DNA from: an uncultured Deinococcaceae bacterium | GTDB taxonomy: Bacteria > Deinococcota > Deinococci > Deinococcales > Deinococcaceae | Direction of reading: 5' to 3' | Length of the DNA: 64,000 nucleotides | Assembly (NCBI GenBank): GCA_964252075.1 | Contig: CAXULY010000018.1 | Location: forward strand, 1-64,000 | Part shown: positions 60,034-64,000 of the stretch, one piece after another | How positions within the stretch are numbered: position 1 is the first letter of the stretch | Layout: the number at the start of each line of letters is the position of its first letter | The notes under the pieces: generated by a model | The model's input: only the letters and a program-made list of their open reading frames with translations | What the model was told of the DNA's origin: nothing | Database searches by the model: none | Position numbers and translations under genes: made by a program

Positions 60034-62106
60034 GTGCCTGACCCATCCACCGCCGAGATCCTGTGGGACCGCTGGGGCGTCCCGCACGTGTACGCCACCA
60101 CCGACGAGGGCGCCTTCCGCGCACTGGGCTGGGCGCAGATGCATGCGCACGGCGACCTGCTGCTGCGCCTGTACGCCCTCGCGCGCGGGCAGGCGGCCGA
60201 GCACTGGGGGGAGAAGTACCTGGAGAGCGACCGCCTGATCCGCCGCATGGGCATCCCGGGACGCTCCGCGCGCTGGGTTGAGGCGCAGGAGCCCGCCATG
60301 CGCGCGAACCTGGAGGCGTTCGTGGCGGGCGTGAACGGCCACGCGAACGCCCACCCGGAGGCGCTCGCGCCGGAGGTGCGCGCGGTGCTGCCCGTAACCC
60401 TTGAGGACGTGTTCTCGCACATCCAGCGGGTGTACTTCGTGTACCTCACCTCGGGCGGGCAGCGCCCGGCGGGCGAGGCGTACAACGACCTGATTCCCAC
60501 CACGACGCTGCTGCCGGACGCGCCGCAGATGGGGACGGGCGTGGCGGGCTCGAACGCCTGGACGGTGGCGGGCAGCCGAACGGCGAGCGGGCGCCCCATG
60601 CTGCTCGCGAACCCGCACCTGTACTGGGGGGACTCGCACACCTTCTTCGAGGCGCACCTGAACGTGGGCGATCACTTCAGTGTGTACGGCGTGGCGCAGG
60701 TGGGCTGGCCCGTGCTGCGCTACGGCTTCAACCCGCAGCTGGGCTGGGCGCACACGGTGAACACCCTCAAGGGCTGGGACGCCTTCGCGCTGGATGTGCA
60801 GGAGGGTACCTACCGCCTGGACGGCGAGTGGCGGCCCTTCGAGACGCGCGAGGAAACCCTGCGTGTGCGCGGCGAGGACGGCGAGTTGCGCGAGGAGACC
60901 CTCACCATCCGCGAGAGCGCGCACGGCCCGGTCGTCACGGAGTCCGCCGGGCGTCCGGTCGCGGTGCGCTGCGTGGGCCTGGACGTGTCCCCCATCTCCG
61001 GCCTCTTCGCGCAGTACTGGGCGATGGCGGGCGCACAGACGCACGCGGAGTTCGAGGCGGCCCTCGCGCGCCACCAGAACGCCATGTTCACCGTGCTGTA
61101 CGCGGACCGTGACGGGCACACCGCGCACTACTTCACGGGCCTGATTCCCGAGCGGCCCGGCGGGGACTGGCACACCTGGGCGGGCACCCTCCCGGGCGAC
61201 GACAGCAGCCTGATCTGGACGCGCACGCACCCCTTCAACGAGTTGCCGCGCGTGGTGGACCCGCCCTCCGGCTGGCTGCAGAACGCGAACAACCCACCGT
61301 GGTGCACGACGCTGCCCGCCGCGCTGAATCCCGGTGATTACCCCGCGTACTTCGCGCCGCGCATGATCACGCCGCGCGAGCAGCGCTCCATCCGGCTCGT
61401 GTCGGGCCTGGAGGACGCGGCGCTGGAGGACATGGTGCGCGCCACGCTCGACACGCACAGCGAGACCGCGGAGCGCCTCCTGCCGCCCCTGCTGGCCGCC
61501 GCGCAGGGCTCGCAGAGTGACCTCGTGCGCCGCGCGGCGGACGTGCTGGCACGCTGGGACCGACGGTACAGCCAGGACAGCGTGGGCGCGGACCTCTTCG
61601 CGCGGACGCTGGTGCAGCTCGGGGTCAGCCGCACGCTGGAGAACATCACGGCGGAACCGTGGGACGCGCTGGAGCCCCTGGACACCCCGCGCGGCCTCGC
61701 GGACCCCGGCGCAGCCGTACGGGCGCTGGAGACGGCCGCCTCCAGCCTCCTGCGCGACGCGGGCACCCTGGAGCGCCGCTGGGGCGAGGTCACGCAGGCG
61801 CGGCGCGGCACGTACCGCGTGCCCGGCCACGGCCACCTCGACCCCTTCGGTGTGTTCCGCGTGTCCGGCTACGCCCCGGACGGACAGGGCGGCTTCGTGC
61901 AGGCCTTCGGCACCACCTACGTCGCCGCCGTGGAGTTTACCACCCCCCCACGCGCTCAGGTCCTGCTCGCCTACGGCAACGCCTCTCAGCCCGACAGCCC
62001 ACATTTCGGTGACCAGCTACCCATGTACGCGCGTGGCGAGATGCGCGACGCCCTGCTCACCAGGGAGGCAGTGAACGCCAGCACCCAACGGCGAGAAGAG
62101 GTGTAA
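60034..62106 (+). CDS. Penicillin acylase-family Ntn hydrolase (S45)
   Basis: WDRWGVPHVY, GSNAWTV and LLANPH motifs; no signal peptide. Confidence 0.92.
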   Translation: MPDPSTAEILWDRWGVPHVYATTDEGAFRALGWAQMHAHGDLLLRLYALARGQAAEHWGEKYLESDRLIRRMGIPGRSARWVEAQEPAMRANLEAFVAGVNGHANAHPEALAPEVRAVLPVTLEDVFSHIQRVYFVYLTSGGQRPAGEAYNDLIPTTTLLPDAPQMGTGVAGSNAWTVAGSRTASGRPMLLANPHLYWGDSHTFFEAHLNVGDHFSVYGVAQVGWPVLRYGFNPQLGWAHTVNTLKGWDAFALDVQEGTYRLDGEWRPFETREETLRVRGEDGELREETLTIRESAHGPVVTESAGRPVAVRCVGLDVSPISGLFAQYWAMAGAQTHAEFEAALARHQNAMFTVLYADRDGHTAHYFTGLIPERPGGDWHTWAGTLPGDDSSLIWTRTHPFNELPRVVDPPSGWLQNANNPPWCTTLPAALNPGDYPAYFAPRMITPREQRSIRLVSGLEDAALEDMVRATLDTHSETAERLLPPLLAAAQGSQSDLVRRAADVLARWDRRYSQDSVGADLFARTLVQLGVSRTLENITAEPWDALEPLDTPRGLADPGAAVRALETAASSLLRDAGTLERRWGEVTQARRGTYRVPGHGHLDPFGVFRVSGYAPDGQGGFVQAFGTTYVAAVEFTTPPRAQVLLAYGNASQPDSPHFGDQLPMYARGEMRDALLTREAVNASTQRREEV

Positions 62107-62429
62107 CACCCCTTCCGTCCGTGCAGCGAGCCCGAGCCGCGCGAGCGCCAACACCTAGATGACATGCCAGCAGATACCCGGCAACGCTTCCCATTTAGCG
62201 AAGCGCCAAGCGACCAGGGTCGGCGCTGGGAGCGAATGAGCAACGCAGACGACCTTCCGGCCACCCATGCTCAGCGCAGCGTCGCTCCCCCTGCCCCCTC
62301 TGGGGGTAGGGGGCTGGGGGGTGGGGGGTGGGGGCGACCCGCACCATGAACACTGGCCAATGCCCTCCAAGCCCCATCCCTGGAAGCGCTTCCGACGCTC
62401 CTCATGCCCCTGACGGTATGATGCTGGGC

Positions 62430-64000
<1,571 letters not shown>

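Overview
GC-rich bacterial chromosomal window, most consistent with Deinococcus: many leaderless genes with a TANNNT -10 box 6-7 nt before the start, DUF4384/PEGA surface proteins and an amylosucrase. Core and accessory host genes include iscA/hesB (3' end), dcd, ssrA, a two-component pair, plsY, trmB, rpmB, a P450-MarR pair, otsAB, an SplB-like radical SAM enzyme, MFS/HTH modules, argJ, bioY-birA, an Ntn acylase and amylosucrase. The window also carries a four-gene chaperone/usher-like surface-structure cluster (38.1-43.4 kb) and a complete reductive pyrimidine catabolism cluster with a PucR-family regulator (44.4-58.4 kb; mmsA is frameshifted). The most unusual part is a ~6.3 kb integrative element (3822-10210) at tRNA-Leu(UAA). 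It duplicates the 5' half of the tRNA rather than the 3' half and supplies the tRNA's promoter. It encodes an intact tyrosine integrase, a serine recombinase and AT-rich nuclease-like cargo. Its central operon (6893-8610) has three otherwise intact, translationally coupled genes interrupted by five in-frame TAG codons and no other lesion I could find. This is either an amber-dependent (recoded or suppressor-gated) satellite module or a transition-driven decayed element. All family calls come from motif recognition by eye; no database searches were run.
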